From NCBI GenBank assembly GCA_965227515.1, contig CBDDFZ010000001.1, forward strand, positions 1,056,001-1,120,000: a stretch of DNA of 64,000 nt. Reading direction: 5' to 3'. Below are positions 27,541-37,280 of this stretch, in pieces. Each line of letters begins with the position of its first letter. Position 1 is the stretch's first letter. The notes under the pieces are model-generated. The model searched no databases and had not been told where the DNA came from. It was given only the letters and a program-made list of their open reading frames with translations. A program made the translations under genes and the position numbers. The stretch comes from Alphaproteobacteria bacterium. Its GTDB lineage: Bacteria; Pseudomonadota; Alphaproteobacteria; CALKHQ01.

Positions 27541-27720
27541 GCAAGGTCGATTCCCGATCCGCTCGATGTCGTCGCGATGCGGCTGCGCTGCCTCGAAGAC
27601 GCTGACCTGAGCGAGGTGGAAGCGGTCGAAGCCGGGCGCAACTTGGCCGGCTTCATTGCGTTGCTGGCGCGGATCGACGGCGCGCCATCCAAGCGAGGTG
27701 ATGCCAATGAATGTGACTGA
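27538..27720 (+). CDS. small helical hypothetical protein (60 aa)
   Basis: LSEVEAVEAGRNLAGFIALLARID amphipathic helices; overlaps the spoVG-like start. Confidence 0.65.
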   Translation: MARSIPDPLDVVAMRLRCLEDADLSEVEAVEAGRNLAGFIALLARIDGAPSKRGDANECD

Positions 27721-28015
27721 AGTGGAAATCGCGTTCGTTAAGCCGCGAAACGGGCTGATCGCGTTCGCCAGCTTGGTGCTCGATGACCAGCTCTACCTCA
27801 GCGGCATCGCGATCCATCGCAAACTCGACGGCGGCGGCTACCGCTTGACCTACCCCACCCGCAAGATCGGAGACCGGTCGATCGACATCTTCCATCCAAT
27901 CCGGCGGCCAATTGGCCAGGCCATCGAGACGGCCATTCTCGAAAAGCTGAACGACGTAGTGAGCAAGTGCGATGCTGGATACGGTTGCGCTGAGTCTCGA
28001 CACACGCGCCTTTGA
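27707..28015 (+). CDS. SpoVG family nucleic-acid-binding protein
   Basis: MNVTEVEI...LIAFASLVLDD...GIAI...LTYPTRK...DIFHPI...IETAILE; GAGGTG RBS. Confidence 0.85.
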   Translation: MNVTEVEIAFVKPRNGLIAFASLVLDDQLYLSGIAIHRKLDGGGYRLTYPTRKIGDRSIDIFHPIRRPIGQAIETAILEKLNDVVSKCDAGYGCAESRHTRL

Positions 28016-29129
28016 GATCCTCGATCCCGGCCGGTTCAGTCCCTCGGCAGTGGGCCTGCTGCAGCCGCCCTACTACCCGCTCGGCGGCCGAGGTAACATT
28101 GCCTGCGTGCAGAACCCGACCAAGGCCGACTTCGCGGCCGGACGCTACCTGCCGAGGCTGACGCTGGCCAAGCGCAAGGTGCGTGGTGGATTCTCGATCA
28201 CGCTCCGGGTCGAGTTTTCCGCACCCAAGTTGGTCTACGGGAACAACTTCGACGAGCTGACATCGCGCGAGTTCGACGTGGTGGTCGATACGCTGCGCCA
28301 CGCGCTGGCGAGCATGGGTGTTCGGGTCAGCGACTACGACCTACGTGCAGCCAACGTCTCGACGGTGCACTACAGCAAGAATGTCTGCTTCACCGACTAC
28401 ACGACCTGCTCAATGGTGATGCGCGAACTCGACCTGATCGACCTCGACGGTCGCCTGGATCTCTCGCATACCGACTACCGCAACAACGGTCACGCCATAC
28501 GCTATCACGCCAACAGTTTCGAGCTGACGTTCTACGACAAGATGCGCGACCTGGAGAAAGCCAGGTTCAGCGAGAAGCGCGCAATCGAACAAGACAATCG
28601 TATTCAGGCCGACCTGTTCAGCGAGCGGGACGATCTACCGAAGCAGCTCGAGGTCCTGCGGATGGAGGTCCGGCTGGGCAACCGCACCAAAATCAAGGGC
28701 CTGCTGAAGCGCATCGGCGCCGACATCGAGCCGACCTTCGCGGCGCTGTTCGATGCAAGCCTGGCCAAAGACGTGCTGCTGCACTTCTGGGAGCAGATCA
28801 GGCGGCAATTGCCGCTCGCCGGACAGACCGCGGACCGCCGGCCGGAGGAGTTGCTGTCGACCCTCGCCGCTGCTTCGGACGGCAACGCGCGACCCGGCGC
28901 CCTTCTGCAGCAGCTCGGTTGCGTCCTGCTCGTCGCCTCGGTTGGCGTGCGCGGCGCCGGCGCCCTGATGAGCCGCCATTGCAGCAACCGATCCTGGCAA
29001 CGCTACAAACGGCAACTGCGCGAACTGAACATTCCAGCCACGAATCGGTTCAGCGCTCTTGACCAGGTGGGCGACACCCTGTCCAGATTCCACCCCTTGA
29101 GACTCGCCGACATCACCCAACTCACGTGA
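27972..29129 (+). CDS. rolling-circle replication initiator (Rep_trans / phage gene II-X-like)
   Basis: MLDTV, LRVEFSAPKLVYGNNF, VSTVHYSKN, LTFYDK (putative catalytic Tyr), VLRMEVRL. Confidence 0.75.
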   Translation: MLDTVALSLDTRAFEILDPGRFSPSAVGLLQPPYYPLGGRGNIACVQNPTKADFAAGRYLPRLTLAKRKVRGGFSITLRVEFSAPKLVYGNNFDELTSREFDVVVDTLRHALASMGVRVSDYDLRAANVSTVHYSKNVCFTDYTTCSMVMRELDLIDLDGRLDLSHTDYRNNGHAIRYHANSFELTFYDKMRDLEKARFSEKRAIEQDNRIQADLFSERDDLPKQLEVLRMEVRLGNRTKIKGLLKRIGADIEPTFAALFDASLAKDVLLHFWEQIRRQLPLAGQTADRRPEELLSTLAAASDGNARPGALLQQLGCVLLVASVGVRGAGALMSRHCSNRSWQRYKRQLRELNIPATNRFSALDQVGDTLSRFHPLRLADITQLT

Positions 29130-29141
29130 GAGACCACACTG

Positions 29142-31562
29142 ATGGCCATCAAGAAGTCAGAACTCTACGCCTCGCTGTGGGCCAGTTGCGACGAGTTGCG
29201 CGGCGGCATGGATGCCAGCCAGTACAAGGACTACGTCCTGGTGCTGCTGTTCATCCGCTACATAAGCGACAAGTATGCCGGCGTGCCCTATGCGCCGATC
29301 ACGGTACCCGAGGGCGCCAGCTTCAAGGACATGGTCGCCCTGAAGGGCAAGCCGGACATCGGCGATCAGATCAACAAGAAGATCATCGGTCCGCTGGCCA
29401 ACGCGAACCAAGAGCTGTCGCAGTCCGACTTCCCCGACTTTAACGACCACACCAAGCTGGGCAGCGGCAAGGAGATGGTTGACCGGCTGACCAACCTGGT
29501 CGCTATCTTCGAGCGCAAGGCGCTGGATTTCTCCAGGAACCGGGCCGACGGCGACGACATCCTGGGCGACGCCTACGAGTATCTGATGCGCCACTTCGCC
29601 ACCGAGAGCGGCAAGAGCAAGGGCCAGTTCTACACGCCGGCCGAGGTAAGCCGGGTGATGTCCCAGATCATCGGCATCCGAAGCGCCGTCACCGGGCCCG
29701 ACACCACCGTCTACGACCCGACCTGCGGCTCCGGGTCGCTGCTGCTGAAGGTGGCCGACGAGGCGAGAACCACGGTCACGCTCTACGGCCAGGAGAAGGA
29801 CGCCACCACCAGCGGCTTGGCGCGAATGAACATGATCCTGCACAACGTGCCTACTGCGCTGATCATGCAGGGCAACACGCTGACCGACCCGAAGTACAGG
29901 GACGGCGAGGCCCTGAAGACCTTTGACTACGTCGTCGCCAATCCGCCCTTCTCGGACAAGCGCTGGAGCACGGGGCTCGACCCGCTGCACGACCCGCATC
30001 ATCGCTTCCAGCCGTTCGGCGTGCCGCCGGCCAAGCAGGGCGACTATGCCTATCTGCTGCACATCGTGCGATCGCTGAAGAGCACGGGCGCCGGCGCCTG
30101 CATCCTGCCGCATGGCGTGCTGTTCCGAGGCCATGCCGAGGCCGACATCCGCCGGGCCCTGGTGCGCAAGGGCTACATCAAGGGCATCATCGGGCTGCCG
30201 GCCAACCTGTTCTACGGGACCGGCATCCCGGCCTGTATCGTCGTGGTCGACAAGCGCGACGCCGCGGCCCGCGAGGGCATCTTCATGATCGACGCCAGAG
30301 CCGGGTTCATGAAGGACGGGCCGAAGAACCGGCTTCGGTCCCAGGACATCCACAAGATCGTCGACGCCTTCAACCGGCAGCAGGAGATCCCGAGCTATGC
30401 CCGCATGGTCGGCTACGCCGAGATCAGGAAGAATGACTTCAACCTCAACATCCCGCGCTACATCGACAGCCGGCAGCCGGAGGACCTGCAGGACATCGAG
30501 GGCCACCTGAAGGGCGGGATCCCGGTCTCCGACATCGATGCGCTGCAGCGCTACTGGGACGTCTGTCGCGGCCTCAGGACAACCCTGTTCCGGGACAACC
30601 GCCCCGGCTACGTTGACCTCGCTGTCGACAAGGCGGAAATCAACGCAACGATCTACGGCCATCCTGAGTTCTCTGCCTTCGTCGCAGACATGAACACCCA
30701 CTTCGCCGCCTGGAGGGACCGCAGCGCCGCGACTCTGAAGGCTCTCGCCGCCGGGTGCGACCCGAAGCAGGTGGTCTTCGACCTTTCGGAGGACCTGCTG
30801 GCGCACTATGGCGGCAAGCCGCTGATTAACGGCTACGACGTCTACCAGCACCTGATGGACTATTGGGCCGACACGATGCAGGACGACTGCTACCTGATCG
30901 CCGCCGACGGCTGGCGGGCCGAGACCTATCGCGTCATCGAGACAGTCAAGAGCGGCAAGAAGAAGGGCCAGGAGAAGGACGTAGGCTGGGCGTGCGATCT
31001 GGTTCCCAAGCCCTTCATTGTCGAACGGTATTTTGCAGACGAGCAGGAAGAAATCGAGCTGCTCACCGCTGACATCGAAAGTGTCATCGCGCAGCTGGCC
31101 GAACTGGAGGAGGAGCACGGCGGAGAGGACGGCGCATTTTCCGAGTTCGAGAAGGTCAACAAGGCCAACGTAGCGGCTCGCCTAAAGGAGATCCGGGGCG
31201 ACAGGGACGCTAGAGACGAGGCCGCCGCGCTCAATGACTGGATCAAGTTCGACAGGCAAGAGACCGATCTCAAGAAGCGTTTGAAGGATGCTGAGGCCGC
31301 GCTCGACGCCAAGGCTTACGCCCACTATCCGAAACTGACCGAGCCCGAGGTCAAGGCGCTGGTGGTGGACGACAAGTGGCTCGCCACACTGGATGCAGCC
31401 ATCCATGGCGATATGAATCGCGTGAGCCAGCAGCTCTCTACGCGCGTGAAAGAGCTTGTTGAACGATACGAGACAGCTCTGCCGCAATTGGCCAACCGCG
31501 TGGCGGAACTTGAAGACAAGATAAAACACCATCTCGAAAGGATGGGGTTTGCATGGACCTAA
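29142..31562 (+). CDS. hsdM: type I RM methyltransferase subunit
   Basis: GQFYTP, YDPTCGSGSLL, VANPPFS (m6A), LPHGVLFRG. Confidence 0.96.
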   Translation: MAIKKSELYASLWASCDELRGGMDASQYKDYVLVLLFIRYISDKYAGVPYAPITVPEGASFKDMVALKGKPDIGDQINKKIIGPLANANQELSQSDFPDFNDHTKLGSGKEMVDRLTNLVAIFERKALDFSRNRADGDDILGDAYEYLMRHFATESGKSKGQFYTPAEVSRVMSQIIGIRSAVTGPDTTVYDPTCGSGSLLLKVADEARTTVTLYGQEKDATTSGLARMNMILHNVPTALIMQGNTLTDPKYRDGEALKTFDYVVANPPFSDKRWSTGLDPLHDPHHRFQPFGVPPAKQGDYAYLLHIVRSLKSTGAGACILPHGVLFRGHAEADIRRALVRKGYIKGIIGLPANLFYGTGIPACIVVVDKRDAAAREGIFMIDARAGFMKDGPKNRLRSQDIHKIVDAFNRQQEIPSYARMVGYAEIRKNDFNLNIPRYIDSRQPEDLQDIEGHLKGGIPVSDIDALQRYWDVCRGLRTTLFRDNRPGYVDLAVDKAEINATIYGHPEFSAFVADMNTHFAAWRDRSAATLKALAAGCDPKQVVFDLSEDLLAHYGGKPLINGYDVYQHLMDYWADTMQDDCYLIAADGWRAETYRVIETVKSGKKKGQEKDVGWACDLVPKPFIVERYFADEQEEIELLTADIESVIAQLAELEEEHGGEDGAFSEFEKVNKANVAARLKEIRGDRDARDEAAALNDWIKFDRQETDLKKRLKDAEAALDAKAYAHYPKLTEPEVKALVVDDKWLATLDAAIHGDMNRVSQQLSTRVKELVERYETALPQLANRVAELEDKIKHHLERMGFAWT

Positions 31563-32845
31563 GCAACGAGTATAAGAAGACAGAGTTGGGAAGACTTCCA
31601 AAGAATTGGAAGATTGAACCTGCGCGCAACTTTTCGACAATAAGAACAGGTCCATTTGGAACAGTCCTCAAGGCATCAGAGTATTCAAAGACAAGCGGTG
31701 TACCGCTTATCTCAGTCGGCGAAATTCGCGAAGGATTCCTGGAAATTTCCGACCGCACGCCGCTCGTTTCTGACGTTGTCACGCGACGACTGCCTCAGTA
31801 TGTCTTAAGAGGGGGCGACATCGTTTTTGGAAGAAAAGGTGCAGTTGATAGGTCTTCGTTAATAAGAGAGTGGCAAGCCGGTTGGTTCTTAGGATCTGAT
31901 GGCATATACATGAGGCTGAACATAGATTTACATGAGGCCTATGTAGCATATCAATTTCAGAGCGCGCGTGTCCAAAGTTGGCTTCTTCAGTACGCTCTCG
32001 GCACTACGATGCCGTCGCTTAATCAAAAAATACTTGGCGAAGTTCTTATCCCTCTCCCGGCCACAAGAGCCGAACAGGAAGCTATCGCCGAGGCGTTGGG
32101 CGACGCAGATGCCCTCATCGAATCCCTAGAGCAACTCATCTCCAAAAAGCGCCAGATCAAGCAGGGCGCCATGAAGGTGCTGCTCACCGGCCAGCGGCGC
32201 CTGCCTGGATTTGACGGGAAGTGGAAGGTCAAGACATTTGCGGAGCTGTTCACCTTCAGCGGTGGCTATACCGCTTCACGCGCCCAGCTTTCCGGGGAAG
32301 GACACTGTTACCTGCACTACGGAGACATCCATGGCGCGACGAAGACATGTGTTGATACGAGCGTCGACTATCAGGATATACCTAAGCTCGATATCGATCT
32401 CATGCAGGTCCCGCCTAGCGCTATACTAAAAGACGGCGACGTCGTTTTCGTTGATGCTTCGGAAGATGACGAGGGAACGAGCAAACATATCGTCATTGCA
32501 AACCGCAACAATGTGCCGTTCATAGCTGGCCTTCACACAATTGTTGCCAAGAGTAATACGAACGACCTCGTTCATGAATATCGCCGTTACTGTTTTCAAA
32601 CGACAGCGATCCAACAGCAGTTCCGATTTTACGCGGTTGGAACGAAGGTATCTGGCATCAGCAAGGGCAATATTCCCAAGCTATCCCTTCCGGTCCCCCC
32701 AACTGCCGAACAAATCGCCATTGCCAGCGTCCTGTCCGACATGGATGCCGAGATCGAGGGACTGGAGGCCAAGCTCGTCAAGGCCCGGCTCATCAAGCAA
32801 GGCATGATGCAGGAGCTGCTGACGGGAAGGGTTCGATTGGTATGA
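31553..32845 (+). CDS. hsdS: type I RM specificity subunit
   Basis: Two TRDs, each followed by conserved EQ.AIA..L.D.DA.IE.LE...K.R.IKQG.M..LLTG helices. Confidence 0.95.
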   Translation: MDLSNEYKKTELGRLPKNWKIEPARNFSTIRTGPFGTVLKASEYSKTSGVPLISVGEIREGFLEISDRTPLVSDVVTRRLPQYVLRGGDIVFGRKGAVDRSSLIREWQAGWFLGSDGIYMRLNIDLHEAYVAYQFQSARVQSWLLQYALGTTMPSLNQKILGEVLIPLPATRAEQEAIAEALGDADALIESLEQLISKKRQIKQGAMKVLLTGQRRLPGFDGKWKVKTFAELFTFSGGYTASRAQLSGEGHCYLHYGDIHGATKTCVDTSVDYQDIPKLDIDLMQVPPSAILKDGDVVFVDASEDDEGTSKHIVIANRNNVPFIAGLHTIVAKSNTNDLVHEYRRYCFQTTAIQQQFRFYAVGTKVSGISKGNIPKLSLPVPPTAEQIAIASVLSDMDAEIEGLEAKLVKARLIKQGMMQELLTGRVRLV

Positions 32846-35800
32846 CCCCCATCGGCCAACCCGAACGCGCGACCCAGAACAGGGTGATTGCCCTGTTCCG
32901 CGATGAGCTTGACTACCGGTTTTTGGGCGCCTGGAGCGACCGGGTCGGCAACAGCAACATCGAGGAAGGTCTGCTGTCCGAGTGGCTGACAGGACGCGGA
33001 TATTCGGGCGCGCAGATCAACGCGGCGCTGCACCGGCTTCGTACCGAGGCGAGCAACCACAATAGGACGCTCTACGGCAACAACGCCGCCGTCCACTCCC
33101 TGCTGCGGTACGGCGTTCCGGTCATGACCGAGGCCGGTAAGCCAACCGAGACCGTCCTCCTGATCGACTGGGACGACCCGGTCAGCAACGACTTCGCAAT
33201 CGCCGAGGAGGTGACGCTGTCGGGAGACCTGACGCGCCGACCGGACATCGTGCTCTACGTCAACGGCCTCGCGATTGGCGTGCTGGAGCTGAAGAACAGC
33301 CGCGTCTCGATCGGCGACGGGATCCGGCAGTGCCTCTCCAACCAGAAGCCGGAGTTCCATCAGTGGTTTTTCACCACGGTGCAGTTTATCTTCGCCGGCA
33401 ACGATTCCGAGGGCTTGAAGTACGGCACGACGGGCACTGAGGAAAAGTACTTCCTGAAATGGAAGGAGGACGAAGCGGACGACTCCCGCTTCAAGCTGGA
33501 CAAGTACCTGTTGAAGCTGTGCGAGAAGCACCGGCTGATCGAGCTGATGCACGACTTCATTGTGTTCGACGGCGGGATCAAGAAGCTACCGCGCCCGCAC
33601 CAGTATTTCGGGATCAAGAAGGCACAGGCCTTCGTCGAGCGCCGCGAGGGCGGGATCATCTGGCACACCCAGGGCAGCGGCAAGAGCATCGTCATGGTGC
33701 TGCTGGCCAAGTGGATCCTGGAGACCAACCCCCATGCCCGCGTCGCGGTGATCACCGACCGCGACGAGCTGGACCGGCAGATCGAGCGCGTGTTCCGCGA
33801 CGCCGGCGAGCCGATCAAGCGGACCAGCAGCGGCCGCGACCTGATGCGGCAGCTGGGGGAGGCCACGCCGCGGCTGCTGTGCTCCCTGGTGCACAAGTTT
33901 GGCGGCAGGGGCGTCGACGACTTCGAGGCGTTCATCCGGGACCTGGAGGCCCAGCCGAGCCGGGCCGTGGGCGAGGTCTTCGTATTCGTGGACGAATGCC
34001 ATCGGACCCAGAGCGGCCGGCTGCATCGGGTGATGAAGGCAATGATGCCGGACGCGGTCTTCATCGGCTTCACGGGCACGCCACTATTGCGCAGGGACCG
34101 GCAGACCAGCCTGGAGGTCTTCGGCGGCTACATCGACACCTACAAGTTCAGCGAGGCGGTCGAGGACGAGGTGGTGCTGGACCTCGTGTACGAGGCCCGC
34201 GACATCGACCAGCGCCTTGGCTCCGAGAACAAGATCGACGCCTGGTTCGAGGCGAAGACCAAGGGGCTGAACGACTGGCAGCGGGAGGAGCTGAAGCAGA
34301 AGTGGGGCACGATGCAGGTCGTGCTGAGCTCCCGCTCGCGCATGGACCGGGTCGTGGCCGACATCCTGTTCGACTTCAGCGTCAGGCCGCGCCTGTCCAA
34401 CCAGCGTGGCAATGCGATCCTGGTGGCGTCGAGCATCTACGAGGCTTGCAAGTACTTTGCCCTGTTCCAGAAGACGCCGTTCAAGGGCAAGTGCGCGATC
34501 GTGACGTCATACAATCCCCAGGCGCAGCACGTGACCCAGGAGGAGACCGGCGCCAACAGCGAGACCGACAGGCAGTTCATCTACAACACCTACATCGAGC
34601 TGCTGAAGGGCATCGAAGCCAAGCCCAACATGACGAAGACCGAGGCCTACGAGGAATGGGCCAAGGCGCTGTTCATCAAGGAGCCCGCCAACATGCGGTT
34701 GCTGGTGGTGGTGGACAAGCTGCTGACCGGCTTCGATGCACCGCCCTGCACTTATCTCTACATCGATAAGTCGATGCAGGACCACGGGCTGTTTCAGGCG
34801 ATCTGCCGGACCAACCGACTGGACGGCGACGACAAGGATTTCGGCTTCATCGTCGACTACAAGGCCCTGTTAAAGAAGGTCGAGAACGCGATCGCGGTCT
34901 ACACCTCGGAGCTGGACCGCAGCGCCGGTGGCGCCGACCCCGAAGTATTGCTGCAGGACCGGCTGAAGAAGGGGCGGGAGCGGCTGGACAACGCCATCGA
35001 GGCGCTGGCGCTGCTCTGCGAAGAGGTCGAGCCGCCCAAGGGCGAGCTGGAGCACATCCACTATTTCTGCGGCAACACCGAGATCCCGACCGACCTTCAG
35101 GACAGGGAGCCACTGCGGTCGGCGCTTTACAAGCAGACGGTCGCCCTCGTGCGCGCCTACGCCAATATCGCGGACGAGCTCGAGGCAGCCGGGTACAGCG
35201 GCGCCGACGTTGCTCGCATCAAGCAGCTGCTCGACCAGTACCTCGACATCCGCGAGATCGTCCGCAACGCCAGCGGGGAGACGATCGACCTGAAGGCCTA
35301 CGAGGCCGATATGCGGCATCTGATCGACACCTACATCGAGGCCGACGAGCCCCGGAAGATCTCTCCCTTCGATAACATGAGCCTAGTCGACCTGATCGTG
35401 AAGACAGGCATCGCCGACGCGGTTGCCTCGCAGCTCGGTGGGCTTAGGGGCGACAGGGACGCGATCGCCGAGACAATCGAGAATAACGTGCGCAGCAAGA
35501 TCATCAGGGAGCAGCTGAACGACCCGGCGTTCTACGAATCCATGTCGGCACTGCTCGACGAGATCATCGACGCGCGAAAGGCCAAGGCCATGGCCTACGA
35601 AGAATATCTCCGGCGGATCGGCGAGCTGGCGAAGATGGTTGCCACCGGCCAGGCCGAGGATACGCCGAAGGCGCTCGATACGCCCGGCAAGCGGGCCCTG
35701 TGGAACAACCTCGGCAGGGACGAGGCGCTTGTTCTGAAGATCGATGAAGCCGTCCGGGAGACTCGACCCGAGGGCTGGCGCGGCATCCAGTCTCGCGAGA

Positions 35801-35892
35801 ACGTTATCAAGGCGGCCCTCTATGGCGTGCTGCAGGATCAGGAGGAGGTCGAACGCATCTTCCTCGTGATCAAGGCGCAGAGCGAATACTGA
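32842..35892 (+). CDS. hsdR: type I RM restriction subunit
   Basis: RPDIVLYVNG...ELK nuclease; HTQGSGKS, DECHR, FTGTP, LLTGFDAP, QAICRTNR. Confidence 0.96.
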   Translation: MTPIGQPERATQNRVIALFRDELDYRFLGAWSDRVGNSNIEEGLLSEWLTGRGYSGAQINAALHRLRTEASNHNRTLYGNNAAVHSLLRYGVPVMTEAGKPTETVLLIDWDDPVSNDFAIAEEVTLSGDLTRRPDIVLYVNGLAIGVLELKNSRVSIGDGIRQCLSNQKPEFHQWFFTTVQFIFAGNDSEGLKYGTTGTEEKYFLKWKEDEADDSRFKLDKYLLKLCEKHRLIELMHDFIVFDGGIKKLPRPHQYFGIKKAQAFVERREGGIIWHTQGSGKSIVMVLLAKWILETNPHARVAVITDRDELDRQIERVFRDAGEPIKRTSSGRDLMRQLGEATPRLLCSLVHKFGGRGVDDFEAFIRDLEAQPSRAVGEVFVFVDECHRTQSGRLHRVMKAMMPDAVFIGFTGTPLLRRDRQTSLEVFGGYIDTYKFSEAVEDEVVLDLVYEARDIDQRLGSENKIDAWFEAKTKGLNDWQREELKQKWGTMQVVLSSRSRMDRVVADILFDFSVRPRLSNQRGNAILVASSIYEACKYFALFQKTPFKGKCAIVTSYNPQAQHVTQEETGANSETDRQFIYNTYIELLKGIEAKPNMTKTEAYEEWAKALFIKEPANMRLLVVVDKLLTGFDAPPCTYLYIDKSMQDHGLFQAICRTNRLDGDDKDFGFIVDYKALLKKVENAIAVYTSELDRSAGGADPEVLLQDRLKKGRERLDNAIEALALLCEEVEPPKGELEHIHYFCGNTEIPTDLQDREPLRSALYKQTVALVRAYANIADELEAAGYSGADVARIKQLLDQYLDIREIVRNASGETIDLKAYEADMRHLIDTYIEADEPRKISPFDNMSLVDLIVKTGIADAVASQLGGLRGDRDAIAETIENNVRSKIIREQLNDPAFYESMSALLDEIIDARKAKAMAYEEYLRRIGELAKMVATGQAEDTPKALDTPGKRALWNNLGRDEALVLKIDEAVRETRPEGWRGIQSRENVIKAALYGVLQDQEEVERIFLVIKAQSEY

Positions 35893-36608
35893 TGGTCACC
35901 CAGCTCGACCTTGGCGGCATCGCGGTCGACGTGGTGTTCAAGGATATCAAGAACGTCCATTTGAGCGTGCACCCCCCGACCGGGCGTGTGCGCATCTCGG
36001 CGCCGACCCGGACCAACCTGGACGCCATCCGCGCCTTCGCGATTTCGAAGCTCGGCTGGATCAAGCAGCAGCAAGGCAAGCTGCGGCAGCAGGAGCGCGA
36101 AAGCCCGCGCGAATACCTCGAGCGCGAAAGTCACCATGTGTGGGGCCGGCGCTACCTGATGGAGATCAGGGAGGCCGAGGCCCCGCCACTGGTCGAGCTG
36201 ACGCATCGCAAGTTGGTTCTTCGCGTCCGTCCCGGCACCGATGAGGAGGGCAGAGAAGCGGTCGTCGCCGAGTGGTACCGCGGCCAACTCAAGCAAGCCG
36301 CCCGGGCCTGGATCATCAGGTGGGAGCCGCGTCTGGGCGTTAAGGTCCGGCGGCTGTTCGTGCAGCGCATGAAGACGAAGTGGGGCGGCTGCAACCCTGA
36401 GGCCGGAAGCATCCGCCTTAACTCGGAGCTCGCCAAGAAGCCTCCTGAATGCGGGGAGTACGTCCTGGTGCATGAAATGGCCCACCTGATCGAGCGGCAT
36501 CACAATGATCGGTTCGTCGGCCTTATGGATCGACACCTGCCGCAGTGGCGGGCCCACCGCGATGCCCTGAACGCCGCGCCGCTGGCGCACGAGAGTTGGA
36601 CCTACTGA
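35892..36608 (+). CDS. YgjP/DUF45 (M48-like) metal-dependent hydrolase
   Basis: MKTKWGGCN, YVLVHEMAHL...HNDRF; TGATG overlap with hsdR. Confidence 0.9.
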   Translation: MVTQLDLGGIAVDVVFKDIKNVHLSVHPPTGRVRISAPTRTNLDAIRAFAISKLGWIKQQQGKLRQQERESPREYLERESHHVWGRRYLMEIREAEAPPLVELTHRKLVLRVRPGTDEEGREAVVAEWYRGQLKQAARAWIIRWEPRLGVKVRRLFVQRMKTKWGGCNPEAGSIRLNSELAKKPPECGEYVLVHEMAHLIERHHNDRFVGLMDRHLPQWRAHRDALNAAPLAHESWTY

Positions 36609-36664
36609 TCGAACCGACGCGCCACTTGCTACGTAGCGCGTATCGGCCTATATGGACGGAATGA

Positions 36665-36946
36665 ATGATCCTCTCGTTCAGATGCAAGGAGACGGAACGC
36701 ATCTGGCAGGGTCTTGCCAGCCGGAAGTTCCCGGCCGCCATCCAGGATCGCGCGCTGCGCAAGCTGCGTCAGCTGGACGCGTCGCGGACCATGGACGACC
36801 TGCGCAACCCGCCGGGCAATCGGCTCGAGGCCCTGAGAGCGGACCGCGCAGGCCAATGGAGCATCCGCATCAACGACCAGTGGCGCATCTGCTTCGTCTG
36901 GCGGGAGGGCGACGCGAGCGACGTCGAGATCGTCGACTACCATTGA
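36665..36946 (+). CDS. higB: HigB toxin (RelE/ParE family)
   Basis: DLRNPPGNRLEAL...SIRINDQWRICF...VEIVDYH. Confidence 0.95.
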   Translation: MILSFRCKETERIWQGLASRKFPAAIQDRALRKLRQLDASRTMDDLRNPPGNRLEALRADRAGQWSIRINDQWRICFVWREGDASDVEIVDYH

Positions 36947-36974
36947 AGGCCGTAGTGAACCGAAAGATGTAGCG

Positions 36975-37277
36975 ATGGGCCAGTTGCGCAACCCACATCC
37001 GGGGGAGATCCTCCGGCATGAGTTCCTCGACGAGATCGGCATGAGCCAGAACGCGCTTGCCCAGGCGATCGGCGTGCCGGGCAACCGCATCCACGCCATC
37101 GTCAACGGCACCCGCTCCGTGACGGCGGAGACCGACCTGCGACTGTGCCGGTTCTTCGGGTTGTCAGAAGGCTATTTCCTACGCCTGCAGAACGCCCACG
37201 ACACCATGGCGGCCAAACGGCGCATAGGAGCCGAGGTCGAACAGATTGCGCCCTACAAGCCCCAGGAGGCGGCCTGA
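36975..37277 (+). CDS. higA: HigA antitoxin
   Basis: HPGEILRHEFL...SQNALAQAIGV...IVNGTRSVTAETDLRL. Confidence 0.95.
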   Translation: MGQLRNPHPGEILRHEFLDEIGMSQNALAQAIGVPGNRIHAIVNGTRSVTAETDLRLCRFFGLSEGYFLRLQNAHDTMAAKRRIGAEVEQIAPYKPQEAA

Positions 37278-37280
37278 GCC

